Positions 23,579 to 34,645 of a stretch of 51,633 nt of DNA are shown here, piece by piece; the first letter of the stretch is position 1; every line of letters begins with the position of its first letter. The notes below the pieces were generated by a model, which was not told the DNA's origin, did not search any database, and worked only from the letters and a program-made list of their open reading frames with translations. The stretch lies in the IMG/VR virus record IMGVR_UViG_3300030329_004387, positions 1 through 51,633 of that record, one strand, 5' to 3'. Origin of the DNA: a virus. Its lineage: Duplodnaviria; Caudoviricetes. Made by a program: the position numbers and the translations under genes.

Positions 23579-26206
23579 TTAAAAATCTATACCGTAATGC
23601 TGCGCTAATGCCCTTACAATATCGTATTTATCTTTCTCATTGAAATCATATTCACCAGAGCTATATACTTCTCCATTAGAAATTGTGTACTTTTTATCAG
23701 CAGCTCCTGCATTATAATTCATTATACCATCGATATATCTATACTGGACATCACTCGCAATTTCATCAGCAATTTTATTAATTTTATCCCAAGAACCTGG
23801 ATAATGATCTTTAATTAATTGCACATATTGTTGATCTGGATTCACCCCTACAGTTTCTCCAAATTCAGACTCTTTCCAAAAATTAGGAAACCAAACAGAG
23901 CCGTCTTGATCAATTAAATTATTCCATTCTAATCTTAAAACATCATAATAAGCTTCATAATAAGGACTATTGTCATGAAACATATGGCCCCCTCCCATGG
24001 CATTAAATATAGACCAATTCTCTCTTTTAATTGGTTTATTATAACCATCAAGTTGAATATGAGAAGATAAATGAACACCTTCAATTCCGTAATTATATTC
24101 ATTTCTTTTAACAGTTCCATCCCACATACTATTTAATATTATCTTAATTTTTTGAGGATCGGATTTTACTGAATAACCATAGCGCATATCTCCTGCTCCC
24201 GTTACAACTCCGCCCCAAGAAGCTGATTTTACATTTTTTTGATGCGCATTGTAAGTTACTGATAAAGTAGGTATTACTGCAGCCCACATATCATTAGGCA
24301 TATCATATAATGTATCAATTACTTGGTCGTATTGATTGATAACCCAATCTTGAGTATCCATGGAACTTCCAGATTTAACTTTAAAATTACCTTCTTTAGA
24401 TCCTGTATATTCAAAATACAATTTTTCACGAGGATCTGTAACTACCCTCACTAATTTACCATCATAATCCCTTAGTATTCCATGTTCATAATTTGAATTC
24501 TTATCGTATATATAATCATCATTAACTATATGCTGATCTTCAGTTAATTCATAATTAGGAGAACTTTTAGGAGCATAAACATAGGCAGGACTATCTTCTT
24601 TTACATTTTCAGGAGCATTACTTACAATAGGATCAGGTATCCCATCTTTATTCATATCTAATGCATCAATTATTCCATCAGCATTAGTATCTATTCCATG
24701 TTCCTCTTTCAATACATCGTAATAAAGTGCTTTACTATAATCTATTCCATGTTCATAATCTGTGTCCCCTATTACAGGACTGCTTGCACTTTGAGATTGT
24801 TTTAATTTTAACTCTATTTTTTGTTCATCTTCAAATTTCTCTATATCTTTATCTCTTTCACCTATCTTTTGATTCAAGAACAATATAGACTCATCTTTAA
24901 TATCTTCGCCTACACTCATTAAAGTAGATATTCTTTCTTTATAAGTGTCCCAATCCCATTTAGTAAATTCAACAACCATATCTTGGAAAGATCCAAAATC
25001 ACCTATTATTTTATTATACTCTTTTTGAATATCTTCAGGCCATCCTTTGTAATCCATACCTAAATTATTTTGTTGAACTTTATTTAAGAAAGTCGTCATA
25101 CCTTTCTCATGCCCTACTTGATAAAAGTATATTTCTTCAAGAGCATCAATAAAAGGTATTGCATTTCTTAAATCATCACCTTCTATCATAGAGCTATAAT
25201 AAGATTCAACCCCTAATATTAATTTATTAGCAAAAGCTAAATTTACAGCATTATTATCGTCACCAAGTAATCCCGTAAATCCTTGGGCTAGTTTTATTTT
25301 CTGTTCATCTACATCTTCTCTTGCACCTTGTATAAATTCTATTGCACCTTCGTCTGTCAAATCATAACTTGCTTCTAAATCAGATAATTCCATTATTTGA
25401 CGCCTAAGAGGAGCAAGGTTTGAAGTAGCTATACTTCCAACTATAGGATCCAATATAGCTGTTATTCCTACATGTAAATCGTTTATATATTCAGCAGTAT
25501 TAAAAGATGGATCATCTAAATCTTTTGTAGCATAATTTTCTTTCTTAACCCTTAAACCTTCTAGTATAGCTGAATCTAATGTTTGATTTAATTCAACTAA
25601 TGTGGTATCAATCCCAGCTCTTCCCTGCGTTATAGTATTCTCAATATAATCAGGTATTTTCTCATCAGCCTTAAGATTTAAAGCTAATTTTAATTTAGCA
25701 TCATCCCATGTCTTGCTTTTTTCATCGTAACCAAAGTCTCCATAATCCCATCTTTCATCGCTCATTCCACCTTTGAAAGTCAAACCTTCTCCAGTAAAAT
25801 GTTCCTTAACCTTATTTACTACTTGTAATTTTTTATCTATCTGTTGTATAGCAGAGCTTAAATTGGCATTTTTTGTTTTAATATTATTTATCTCACTTTC
25901 ATAAGTATCTAATATTGGAGATTTTACATTATCTAATAATTGTATAGAGTTAGAAGCGTCATAATCATCTAAAGAATTTAATACTCCAGTAATATTAGCG
26001 AATTCTTGATTTTTCTGATTAAAAGTTTCTTGCAACTCAAATTCTTTTCTTTGTTCGTGACTTAATTGGCTTCCAAGTACTTTGGATTGCGCATTTAAAT
26101 CCATTTGAAGCATAGCCAACATTCTATCTGCCTCATCTTGTTTTTCTTCTCTAGTATCTCTAATTTGTTGTGATAAAAAAAGTAATATATCCGATAATTC
26201 TGCCAT
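23579..26206 (-). CDS. Internal virion/ejection protein, acidic, with DxDxDG Ca-binding motifs
   Basis: N-terminal coiled coil; DTNADGIID and DMNKDGIPD; genomic position. Confidence 0.6.
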   Translation of the reverse strand: MAELSDILLFLSQQIRDTREEKQDEADRMLAMLQMDLNAQSKVLGSQLSHEQRKEFELQETFNQKNQEFANITGVLNSLDDYDASNSIQLLDNVKSPILDTYESEINNIKTKNANLSSAIQQIDKKLQVVNKVKEHFTGEGLTFKGGMSDERWDYGDFGYDEKSKTWDDAKLKLALNLKADEKIPDYIENTITQGRAGIDTTLVELNQTLDSAILEGLRVKKENYATKDLDDPSFNTAEYINDLHVGITAILDPIVGSIATSNLAPLRRQIMELSDLEASYDLTDEGAIEFIQGAREDVDEQKIKLAQGFTGLLGDDNNAVNLAFANKLILGVESYYSSMIEGDDLRNAIPFIDALEEIYFYQVGHEKGMTTFLNKVQQNNLGMDYKGWPEDIQKEYNKIIGDFGSFQDMVVEFTKWDWDTYKERISTLMSVGEDIKDESILFLNQKIGERDKDIEKFEDEQKIELKLKQSQSASSPVIGDTDYEHGIDYSKALYYDVLKEEHGIDTNADGIIDALDMNKDGIPDPIVSNAPENVKEDSPAYVYAPKSSPNYELTEDQHIVNDDYIYDKNSNYEHGILRDYDGKLVRVVTDPREKLYFEYTGSKEGNFKVKSGSSMDTQDWVINQYDQVIDTLYDMPNDMWAAVIPTLSVTYNAHQKNVKSASWGGVVTGAGDMRYGYSVKSDPQKIKIILNSMWDGTVKRNEYNYGIEGVHLSSHIQLDGYNKPIKRENWSIFNAMGGGHMFHDNSPYYEAYYDVLRLEWNNLIDQDGSVWFPNFWKESEFGETVGVNPDQQYVQLIKDHYPGSWDKINKIADEIASDVQYRYIDGIMNYNAGAADKKYTISNGEVYSSGEYDFNEKDKYDIVRALAQHYGIDF

Positions 26207-26215
26207 AATTGCCCC

Positions 26216-27805
26216 TTAAAATAAATTGTCCCATGTACTAGAATGATCTCTTGCATATTTCCATTGATCATACATGTCTTCTAATTCTGTTTGTCTAGAT
26301 GCCATTTGGTTACTTAAATCTCTTGTGTATTTATCATAAGCATTTCCAAATGCAAATTCCAATCCTTCTTCTCCTTTTGAGAAACTGTCTTGTAATCTTT
26401 TCATGGCAGTTTCTTTCATAGTTTCAACGCTGCCACTATATAAACCTCTTGTTTTCTTTTGAGCCGCTCCTATTTGTTGGCTTAAATCACCAGCAGCAGT
26501 GCCAAATTCACTTGACATATGCTTTACTTTCTGAGCATAGTCACCTCTTAAGGCTTTTAAATCTTTCTGAGTTTGAACTCCAGCTTTATCATAAGTTTCT
26601 CCTATTTGCTGTCCCATTCTACCACCTCTTGCTCCAGAACCTGCGCCACCTAACATTTTTGCTTCTTTTTTATACTTTTTAGCTGCCTTATTTGCTCCAG
26701 CAATCCAATCTACAGCCATTAAAGCTGCTGCTGCCCATCCAATACCAGGTATAGCCATTCCAGCCATCATTGCGGCAGAACCTACGCCACTTAATATTTG
26801 ACCAGCTGTCCCAAAGCCTGTTTGACCTGTTTGAAATCTTCTTATACCAGTTTTAACATCAAAATAAACTGGATTTGTTTTATCATCCCAAGCACCTTTT
26901 CTTCCATGTTTTTGAGCATGTTCTTTTGAAGTATCTATAAGTCTTTGCTCAACTTCAGATCTAGAGCCAAAAAGACCACTTTCTAGCTCATATAATTCAC
27001 TAGCAGTCACCCAAGCTTTTTCACCTCCAACAGTTGTTAAATAACTATCTTCTGTTGTATAATCTCTCGCCCCAGTCTTTTTATCTACAGTATATTCTCC
27101 AAACTGCTTTGCATGATCACCAAGTACAGTGCTTTTCCCACTTTCATCGAATTCAACTCCCCAATATGTACCTGGTTCATGCATCCCAGTCTTTTCATCT
27201 ACATAAGGAGTACCCTTTATTCCATAATGATAGTCGGTAGTTATTGCGGAAGTATCAAATTTACCTGTTTTAGGATCTATATGCTTAGCAAAACCCTTCA
27301 TTTTACTTCTATCTGTTATAAGCTCTCCTGAACTATTAAACTCGTTAAATTGAGAACTATCTACAGCATATAATCTTTCAAGAGATTTCATATCATGCAT
27401 ATCACTGAATTGTGAATAAGGCATACCAGTTGAATCATCAAATATAAAGTCATCTATACCTGAGCCGCCTTCACCGTGAACACTAGGTCCTGCTTTTTTA
27501 TAAGCAGCCATTTGAGACATAGAAATACTTGCTACATAAGGATTATTTTGATCATTTACACCTGTTTTAAAATACATGCTAGTTTCTTTATCAAAACCCC
27601 ATCCCATATCGCTAGCAAATTCAGTTAATTCAGTTTCTGCTTTTTTAGTTTTAGCTACTTCGCCACTCATACTAACTACAGCCATTATAGCTGCTGAGGC
27701 TTTCTTTCGTCTAGCTTCGTCTAATTTAAATTGTTTATCTTCTCTTGCTGTATCTCTTGCAGCAGCTCTATAATATGTGCTTGATGTACTGGTAGTAGAA
27801 GCCAT
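26216..27805 (-). CDS. Ejection/pilot protein with Gly/Ala-rich membrane segment
   Basis: GQILSGVGSAAMMAGMAIPGIGWAAAALMAV followed by a helical region. Confidence 0.65.
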   Translation of the reverse strand: MASTTSTSSTYYRAAARDTAREDKQFKLDEARRKKASAAIMAVVSMSGEVAKTKKAETELTEFASDMGWGFDKETSMYFKTGVNDQNNPYVASISMSQMAAYKKAGPSVHGEGGSGIDDFIFDDSTGMPYSQFSDMHDMKSLERLYAVDSSQFNEFNSSGELITDRSKMKGFAKHIDPKTGKFDTSAITTDYHYGIKGTPYVDEKTGMHEPGTYWGVEFDESGKSTVLGDHAKQFGEYTVDKKTGARDYTTEDSYLTTVGGEKAWVTASELYELESGLFGSRSEVEQRLIDTSKEHAQKHGRKGAWDDKTNPVYFDVKTGIRRFQTGQTGFGTAGQILSGVGSAAMMAGMAIPGIGWAAAALMAVDWIAGANKAAKKYKKEAKMLGGAGSGARGGRMGQQIGETYDKAGVQTQKDLKALRGDYAQKVKHMSSEFGTAAGDLSQQIGAAQKKTRGLYSGSVETMKETAMKRLQDSFSKGEEGLEFAFGNAYDKYTRDLSNQMASRQTELEDMYDQWKYARDHSSTWDNLF

Positions 27806-27807
27806 GA

Positions 27808-28005
27808 TTAATCCTTTGTAGTTTTAACTTCAGTATAAAGGGATGTCCCTTCTACATTAGTTTTTTGAAAAAATTTACCACTCATGTGGTCTTTAATTAT
27901 TTGAGTCACATTTGGTCTCCGACTTTCAACTGTAGCTTTATTAGACCTAATACCAACTCTCTTTGCATTAACATGCAAATCTTTTCTTTCTTGTTTACTT
28001 CTCAT
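27808..28005 (-). CDS. Small virion-module protein
   Basis: GGAG SD; ATGA overlap with the upstream gene. Confidence 0.65.
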   Translation of the reverse strand: MRSKQERKDLHVNAKRVGIRSNKATVESRRPNVTQIIKDHMSGKFFQKTNVEGTSLYTEVKTTKD

Positions 28006-31000
28006 TTTATTATTCTCCCTCTAAATATTATTGAAATATCTCCTATAGACATATCTAAAGGAGCATTGCCATCATCATGAGGCAAACCACCCCCTGGTGA
28101 AGCTGTTGTTGTTTTTGACATTAATTTTAATTGTATCCATTTTCCTCTAGCTCCTGATAATTTAAGTTCATTTAAACCATCACCATTAGGCAACCAAATA
28201 CCATTATCTGAACCGCTATCTACGTCAACTAAATCATCCCAATATGTTGTTAGAGTTTCATTTGTTCTCCAATATAACCTCATATTATTAGCTTTACCAT
28301 TAGTGAGTGTTATATTTACTTTATAAAACTTTTTATTTTGAGCAATATTCCCTAAACTGATTTTACCTGTTTCTAAATGAACAGCATTAGATTGACAGTT
28401 AGCTTCAGAATTAGTAAATCCTAACGCATAATACTTTCCTGCTTGCTCAAAGAAAGAAAATCCATTCTTACCATTCACCACATTGGTATCAGGTTCAACA
28501 TTAAATGGAGATGGAGGTTCAACTCTTCCAACCCAAGATTGTGTTACAAAGCTATAAAAATAGACTTTTGTAGCACTTATCCATACATATAATATACTCC
28601 TATTTGCGTCATATCCAATAGCACAATTTTCAGGATCTACTCCTAATGATTGAACTCTTAAATCTTTTAAAGATTGTAATTGTTCCCCATCAAAGAAATA
28701 AACCCCTGCATTATTAATGAATGCAACGCCTTCACCTACCTTGCAAACTTGTTTTGCACTAGCTATTCCCATATGATCCATAGTAGCTTCTAAAAACTCA
28801 ATATCTCCTGCTACATTAACAATAACTAATTTTCTTTCAGTGAAAACAAATAATCTATCAGCTGATGTTACTAAATGAATAATCTTATCACCACCTAATT
28901 CTAAGTCAATAAATAAATTATCAGGAAATCCAGCAGCTTTACCAGAAGCTGACTTTAATATGAGAGAATCATTATAATATGTAGTAGCATCATCTTTAGT
29001 GCTATCAAATCCAATTATTTCTATTCTTCTACTAGTACTGGTTACATTTTCATTTGCTAATCCTGCACTATCACCATTAAGTTTTTGAACCGAAATTCTA
29101 TTATTTGAATAATTTCCAAATTTTCCTGCACCACCTGTGCAATCCTTACTAAGAAGAAGTCCATTTGCATTACCTGCAGTTGAAATACTAAAACCACCAC
29201 CATTCATCGTATCTCCATTAAAATACCAACAATTACCTTGGCTTCCATTATCATAAAATCCTTTTGTCATCTTGTTTTGAGCAGTCATTACATGAGTACC
29301 TCCAACATATTCACTAGCTGCGCCAGTACCATTAGCTGTTATTAACGTAACCTGCCTAGTAGTGCTATCTACTGTAAGACCACCACCATCAGTAGCCGTA
29401 ACATCAACATAATCCTCACTTCCAGCAGCTATTGCATCAGTTCTCTGTGTATTTATTGCTTCACGAACACGCTGCTCTCTTGTTTGTTGATCTACAGTTC
29501 CATCCAAACTAATACATATTCTACCAGATCCATCCACATGAGGCTTTCCATTTGTAGATGCAGCTAATGTAGTATTAACAACGAATGTTATACTTTTTCC
29601 TCTCACATCTTCCATTACAATTTCACCTTTTTCAGCACCTGCATTACCAGCACCAGCTACAATACTCCATGATGATAAGCCTCCTCCAGCTTCTGTGCCT
29701 CTTTTTCCAGAACTTCCGATACCAGTAATTTTAAAGTATCCATTATTTTCATCTTCAGCAAATCCTGATAAACTAATTATTTGACCAACTTCAAAACCCT
29801 GCTCCGACATATCACATCTTACTATGCCAGCTGGTGTTCTTTGATAGCCAGTAAAATAATAATTATAATCACCTAATGTAGTAGATGTAAAATCATCATG
29901 AAATAAAATATAATCATCGCTACCTCCATTATCTACAACTTGTACAGAGTATCTAGCACTACTGTAAGTTGCACTATTGTCCTTACCTAAAAATGCAATA
30001 GAGGCTTTATCTGCAGCAACATTTCCTATATAAGCTTGCCTTCCTACTACAGCTGCAGTATTCCAAAGAGCATTAATAGTTTCTACTCCATAAGGATAAC
30101 CTGATTCAAGTTCATATGTAGATATTACAGGAGGATCATCAAATACTGCTGAAACTAAATTTAATTCAGTTCCCCCTGATCCAGTTCCCCAAGGGGTAAA
30201 TTCAGCAGCTCCTGCCTTTTTAAAACCTTTCGAATAGTCATATTCTCCAATTAAATATTTACTACCAAGTCCATGTCCAGAACTATCTGTTTCTGTATAA
30301 TATAATTTGCCATAAAATGGATCATCTGATGAACTTTTCTTAACAACAACCTCATGCTGATAATTAACACCAGAATATATAGAATTTCCGTAAGTACTTC
30401 CGTATTCATAAGGTATAGATTCAATACCATTAGATATTCTAGTAGAATAAAATTTAAAATATCTTTGATCCCATCCAAAAGTAGCAGGTCTAGAAAAACT
30501 AAACTCTCTAAGTCTAACTGTCTCTTTTTCTCTCATATCTATATTATGATCAATTCTAGGTATAAAAATCCAATTTCTAGTATTAGAAGCAACATAATTT
30601 GCTCCCGTATGAGTAGCACTTTCCCAAGTAAGAACTATACGAGCAAATCCCTTGTCTGCTCCAGCTTCTGTAATCATAGCAGGTGTTATTACCCATTGTT
30701 TCATATTATCATCATTACTTGAACCATCATAATTATTTATATTTAAATCACCTTCTTCAATATCAGCAATAATAAAAATATTCTCTAAATGACTCATATC
30801 TGTCACATAAAGCTCTATATTTATAGATTGACCTTCCCAAGCAGGTACTCTTGACATATCTGAATCTGTTATATTTGCGTAATTACCATATCCTCCATTT
30901 TCAACAGTTCCTGCGTTTGTTGTTTCAAAATTGCCTACTTTAAAAACTAATCCAAGTAAATCGTTCTGTTGATCAGAGGCTACATCCGCTATAGCAGTGG

Positions 31001-32252
31001 CAGCATTTTGACCAGCAGAATCTACTGAGCAATATTTAGTATCACCAACATTAGTCCATACAAAAAAGTCTAAATCTTGTACATTGGCTTCAGATAACTC
31101 AGTAGTAGCTCCAGTACCAGTTCCATCTATAGCCTCAATATGTGTTCCACCAGTTATTTCAGGAGCTAAATCAATTAAACTAGGACTAGTAGTATCTACA
31201 TGGTCTTTTTTTACTCCAAATATATGAGCACCATAATCCTTTATCCAAACATCTGTAATAGGTTGCATATGTTCATCAGTAGTTACTGTAGTATTTTCAA
31301 ACCAATAATCTACATGTTGTCCAAGTCTTCCGCTTCCAGATTGATTATTATCTCGAACAGAAGATATAAATCTAGAGGCTCCGCAATTAAAGGCAGTAGA
31401 GCCTAATGCTGCTGACCCATCTCTAAATTCTGAACCAAATAATATTCCTTTTTTATTTCTACCGTTAATAGAAGCATTAGCACCCAAAAACAGAATAGCC
31501 TCCACATCAAGTGTAGAAGGCTCTATACTAAAATCAAATCCATCTACTTCAGCATCCATTTCTAATGTTTGAGAGGTTCCATTTAGTAAGACAGTAGAAG
31601 TCTTATTAAAAGCTCCTCTATTTGGAGAAATTGAATGATAATCTCCATTAGCTGACCAATTTACGTCATCTCCAATTTTATAAATACCTACATTTTGATA
31701 TAATATATCGTCATAATATAAAATTCTTTCTGCAGTAGCATCAGCAGAAGCATTAATAGATAAACCTAATGCTGGATTCACGACTCCTAATTGCCCATTT
31801 CCAGAGTATGAGTCATTCATATATATAGAATTCACTCTAAATGTTTTTGTATTACTATTAGCACCACTAGGATTCTGAAATACAACATCATCATTTACTG
31901 CATGTCCTGTTCCACCATCAACAATTTTAAAATTAGCGCCTACATTATTGCTCGATACAGTGCATATAATTTTCATTCCAGTTCCACTACCACTTGTTGA
32001 ATGTTGTAGAAAAGGAACATTATATGTACCATCTGTCCAAGCAGCTGTTTCCGTGCAAGTAGCACCTACAGCACCTGTAAGCGATATAATTTGAGGATGT
32101 TCAGCTGTAATCTTTCCTCTCATATCAAGAAGCATATTCTTACATTCTACAACCTCATCCTTCCCTTCTCCAACAGTTATAATATCTGTTAAATCAGAAT
32201 CAATATTAATACCGCCTGCAAATCCATTTACTATAATAGCGTCTTTAGGCAT
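28002..32252 (-). CDS. Tail nozzle/stabilisation protein (P22 gp10 / crAss muzzle-like beta-propeller with insertions)
   Basis: N-terminal F.GGIN...N motif; C-terminal propeller features and LETGKISLG...K.F; ATG start at 32252. Confidence 0.7.
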   Translation of the reverse strand: MPKDAIIVNGFAGGINIDSDLTDIITVGEGKDEVVECKNMLLDMRGKITAEHPQIISLTGAVGATCTETAAWTDGTYNVPFLQHSTSGSGTGMKIICTVSSNNVGANFKIVDGGTGHAVNDDVVFQNPSGANSNTKTFRVNSIYMNDSYSGNGQLGVVNPALGLSINASADATAERILYYDDILYQNVGIYKIGDDVNWSANGDYHSISPNRGAFNKTSTVLLNGTSQTLEMDAEVDGFDFSIEPSTLDVEAILFLGANASINGRNKKGILFGSEFRDGSAALGSTAFNCGASRFISSVRDNNQSGSGRLGQHVDYWFENTTVTTDEHMQPITDVWIKDYGAHIFGVKKDHVDTTSPSLIDLAPEITGGTHIEAIDGTGTGATTELSEANVQDLDFFVWTNVGDTKYCSVDSAGQNAATAIADVASDQQNDLLGLVFKVGNFETTNAGTVENGGYGNYANITDSDMSRVPAWEGQSINIELYVTDMSHLENIFIIADIEEGDLNINNYDGSSNDDNMKQWVITPAMITEAGADKGFARIVLTWESATHTGANYVASNTRNWIFIPRIDHNIDMREKETVRLREFSFSRPATFGWDQRYFKFYSTRISNGIESIPYEYGSTYGNSIYSGVNYQHEVVVKKSSSDDPFYGKLYYTETDSSGHGLGSKYLIGEYDYSKGFKKAGAAEFTPWGTGSGGTELNLVSAVFDDPPVISTYELESGYPYGVETINALWNTAAVVGRQAYIGNVAADKASIAFLGKDNSATYSSARYSVQVVDNGGSDDYILFHDDFTSTTLGDYNYYFTGYQRTPAGIVRCDMSEQGFEVGQIISLSGFAEDENNGYFKITGIGSSGKRGTEAGGGLSSWSIVAGAGNAGAEKGEIVMEDVRGKSITFVVNTTLAASTNGKPHVDGSGRICISLDGTVDQQTREQRVREAINTQRTDAIAAGSEDYVDVTATDGGGLTVDSTTRQVTLITANGTGAASEYVGGTHVMTAQNKMTKGFYDNGSQGNCWYFNGDTMNGGGFSISTAGNANGLLLSKDCTGGAGKFGNYSNNRISVQKLNGDSAGLANENVTSTSRRIEIIGFDSTKDDATTYYNDSLILKSASGKAAGFPDNLFIDLELGGDKIIHLVTSADRLFVFTERKLVIVNVAGDIEFLEATMDHMGIASAKQVCKVGEGVAFINNAGVYFFDGEQLQSLKDLRVQSLGVDPENCAIGYDANRSILYVWISATKVYFYSFVTQSWVGRVEPPSPFNVEPDTNVVNGKNGFSFFEQAGKYYALGFTNSEANCQSNAVHLETGKISLGNIAQNKKFYKVNITLTNGKANNMRLYWRTNETLTTYWDDLVDVDSGSDNGIWLPNGDGLNELKLSGARGKWIQLKLMSKTTTASPGGGLPHDDGNAPLDMSIGDISIIFRGRIIK

Positions 32253-32391
32253 TATCTTCCTCAATTTCTTTGGGAGAGGTGTATACGAGTGTCATTGATG
32301 TATCATTAACTATGTCAGTATGTGAAGGAGGTGATGAGAACGACCTCTCCCAAAAGTTTTTAGGTATTGTTATATAACCTACTAAAGTCAT
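32245..32391 (-). CDS. Hypothetical protein (48 aa), not in ORF track
   Basis: TAATG coupling to the upstream gene; overlaps the start of the next gene. Confidence 0.45.
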   Translation of the reverse strand: MTLVGYITIPKNFWERSFSSPPSHTDIVNDTSMTLVYTSPKEIEEDNA

Positions 32392-32549
32392 TATTTTTTA
32401 TCTTTAGGCTTCAACATTTCAAATATTGGCTTAATAATTGAATCTAAAAGTATATCGTCTTTTTTAGAAGGGCTAATTTTTATAACTTTTTCTAAAATCA
32501 TAAAACCTAATAAGCACCATTCCCAATTACTCGCTATCCATTCACTCAT
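32391..32549 (-). CDS. Small holin-like membrane protein (52 aa), not in ORF track
   Basis: MSEWIASNWEWCLLGFMILEKVIKISPSKKDDILLD; SP...DD motif typical of small phage holins; AGGAG SD. Confidence 0.7.
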   Translation of the reverse strand: MSEWIASNWEWCLLGFMILEKVIKISPSKKDDILLDSIIKPIFEMLKPKDKK

Positions 32550-32803
32550 TTGCTATCTCCTTTTCTTTTTTGTCTTCTTTTTTTTCTTCTCATTCTAGGC
32601 GTTTCCTTTCTTTTGGCTTTACAGCCACATTCTAAACAAACCCAATCTGCCACAGGATGAGAATCTTTTTTCAAACTTTTCACTTCTTTCTTTAATTCTT
32701 TAATCTCTCTATGATGTTTTCTTGCAATTCTTTTATCATCTGCTTTTTCAATTGCTTCCATTATTTTACCTAATAAAAACTTTACTATCAAACCTTGTAT
32801 CAT
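32546..32803 (-). CDS. Hypothetical protein, CxxC and basic tail
   Basis: Coiled coil, KDSHP, CLECGC, RRKKRRQKRK. Confidence 0.7.
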   Translation of the reverse strand: MIQGLIVKFLLGKIMEAIEKADDKRIARKHHREIKELKKEVKSLKKDSHPVADWVCLECGCKAKRKETPRMRRKKRRQKRKGDSK

Positions 32804-32804
32804 A

Positions 32805-34397
32805 TTAATATCCTTTTAACACCTCATTGATCATCTCGTCATCTTTATTTATATCAAATCCTCCAGAGTTATTAATACTATTTGTAGGTTCTTCTTTTGG
32901 AGCAATCTCAGAACCATCAGAACTTAAACTATAAAATTCTAAAAGTCCATCTAATTCGCCTTCTTCTAAATAATACCTATCATAAATAGGTATAGGTTTT
33001 CCTATTGTATTTACTATATGAACTCCCATATCATAAAAATTATTTACTTCTTTTGAATCTTGAAATGCACCTGAACCTGTGGGATCAAAATCATAAGAAT
33101 CATATATAGCAAAATAATATCCATTCTCATCTTTACTTAATATCTGAGTAAACCCTCCAATATCGACAGAAGTATTATATAAAGCAATGCTTTGTTTAGG
33201 AACATCTGCATCAGTAATGTGAGTATCTGAATTAAGATTCCCATACAGTGAATCACCTGCTATATTTTCAGATCCAATAATTAAAGGCTCTCCAGTTTGT
33301 AAAAGTTTTACAAGATTTGCTCTAGTATTATTATAACGATCACCAGTTTTATGTTCATCAAGTAAAAATAAACTTCTATGATAATTTGCTAGATTTTCTC
33401 CTAATTCTATTATCTTTGATTTATGATTTATTTCTTTTTCTTTTAACCATTGCTCTTTCTGACTTAATTTTATTGATGGATCTATAAACAACTTATCACT
33501 TTCATTTAATAAATAATTTTGAAAGTCTGCATAGCTCATATCTTCAAAAACTTCTTCTGAATTATTTGCAAAAGCTAAATAATTTCCTGAACCTTCAATT
33601 ATTGTATTTACAAAATCCTCATCTCTCATATGTGGTTTAAATCCACCAAATTCACTAAATTCATCTATAGAATAATAAGTTATATTTCCCTTATTATGTT
33701 CAAGACTAGGATGCATACTTAGATCTTTATGTATTTTATGCAAAGATTTTACATCAAAGTCATCTGAAGGATGATATTGAGAAGGTTCTAGTATATTTTC
33801 AGACCTTTGTAAATATATAGATAATATATCTACATCTCTACCATTTTTAGTAAATCTTTGATTTTCTTCCGTATATCCTGCAAAATCGAAATTACTCGAT
33901 GCTTGATGTGTCATTATAGGAGTAAATCCTTTATAGTGGCTATCAGTAATTATATGTGACGGAGTTTCTCCTGAGGAATATATTAACCATTGATTTGATA
34001 CATCCTCCCAGCTTCTATTTTTTTCCCAGCCTAAAGATAATATATTATAAGCAAAATCATCAATAGGTCCACCTTTTACATCTAATGTAGGAAGAATTGC
34101 TGAAGCTATACTTGATCCAGTTTGATACGCCTTTCTTTTTAAATTATATGGGAAATTTGTAATTACATCAGGTATCCCATCTTGATTATTATCAATACTT
34201 TCAGAGAATAAATTTAAACTTTCCAAAAAAGGAACATCATTTGAGTCTTCTAAAGAATTTAATGCCTGTTCATTTTTATTACTAATCTGTTCGAGATAAT
34301 TTCCAGAGTGCTTAGGATTATTTTCATCTATCTCTACCACTTTATCATTAGTAGGATCAAAAGAAATTTTATTTAATATTTTATCGTATATACCCAT
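32805..34397 (-). CDS. Acidic hypothetical protein, possible virion cargo
   Basis: 530 aa; DNNQDGIPD; C-terminal YDSYDFDP...GKPI.IYDRYY. Confidence 0.7.
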   Translation of the reverse strand: MGIYDKILNKISFDPTNDKVVEIDENNPKHSGNYLEQISNKNEQALNSLEDSNDVPFLESLNLFSESIDNNQDGIPDVITNFPYNLKRKAYQTGSSIASAILPTLDVKGGPIDDFAYNILSLGWEKNRSWEDVSNQWLIYSSGETPSHIITDSHYKGFTPIMTHQASSNFDFAGYTEENQRFTKNGRDVDILSIYLQRSENILEPSQYHPSDDFDVKSLHKIHKDLSMHPSLEHNKGNITYYSIDEFSEFGGFKPHMRDEDFVNTIIEGSGNYLAFANNSEEVFEDMSYADFQNYLLNESDKLFIDPSIKLSQKEQWLKEKEINHKSKIIELGENLANYHRSLFLLDEHKTGDRYNNTRANLVKLLQTGEPLIIGSENIAGDSLYGNLNSDTHITDADVPKQSIALYNTSVDIGGFTQILSKDENGYYFAIYDSYDFDPTGSGAFQDSKEVNNFYDMGVHIVNTIGKPIPIYDRYYLEEGELDGLLEFYSLSSDGSEIAPKEEPTNSINNSGGFDINKDDEMINEVLKGY

Positions 34398-34399
34398 AA

Positions 34400-34645
34400 T
34401 TACCCCTTATCAATACCAAGCCAAGTCAATATAACACCTATTACAACAGTTATAGTAGAGCCTATAGCTTTAATAGCTGTTATAGAACTTTCTGTTTCTC
34501 TAACTCTACCATTTATTTTAGTTAACTGCTCTTTTACTTCAGACATATCTTCTTTAATATGCTCTATATCTCCACCTATTCTTATTAAATGCAGAGTAAC
34601 ATCTGTCCTATATTCATCAACTCTTTTAGTACTTTTTGTTTTCAT
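34400..34645 (-). CDS. Coiled-coil plus C-terminal TM protein (XhlA/holin-like)
   Basis: KINGRVRETE followed by a hydrophobic C-terminus. Confidence 0.65.
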   Translation of the reverse strand: MKTKSTKRVDEYRTDVTLHLIRIGGDIEHIKEDMSEVKEQLTKINGRVRETESSITAIKAIGSTITVVIGVILTWLGIDKG

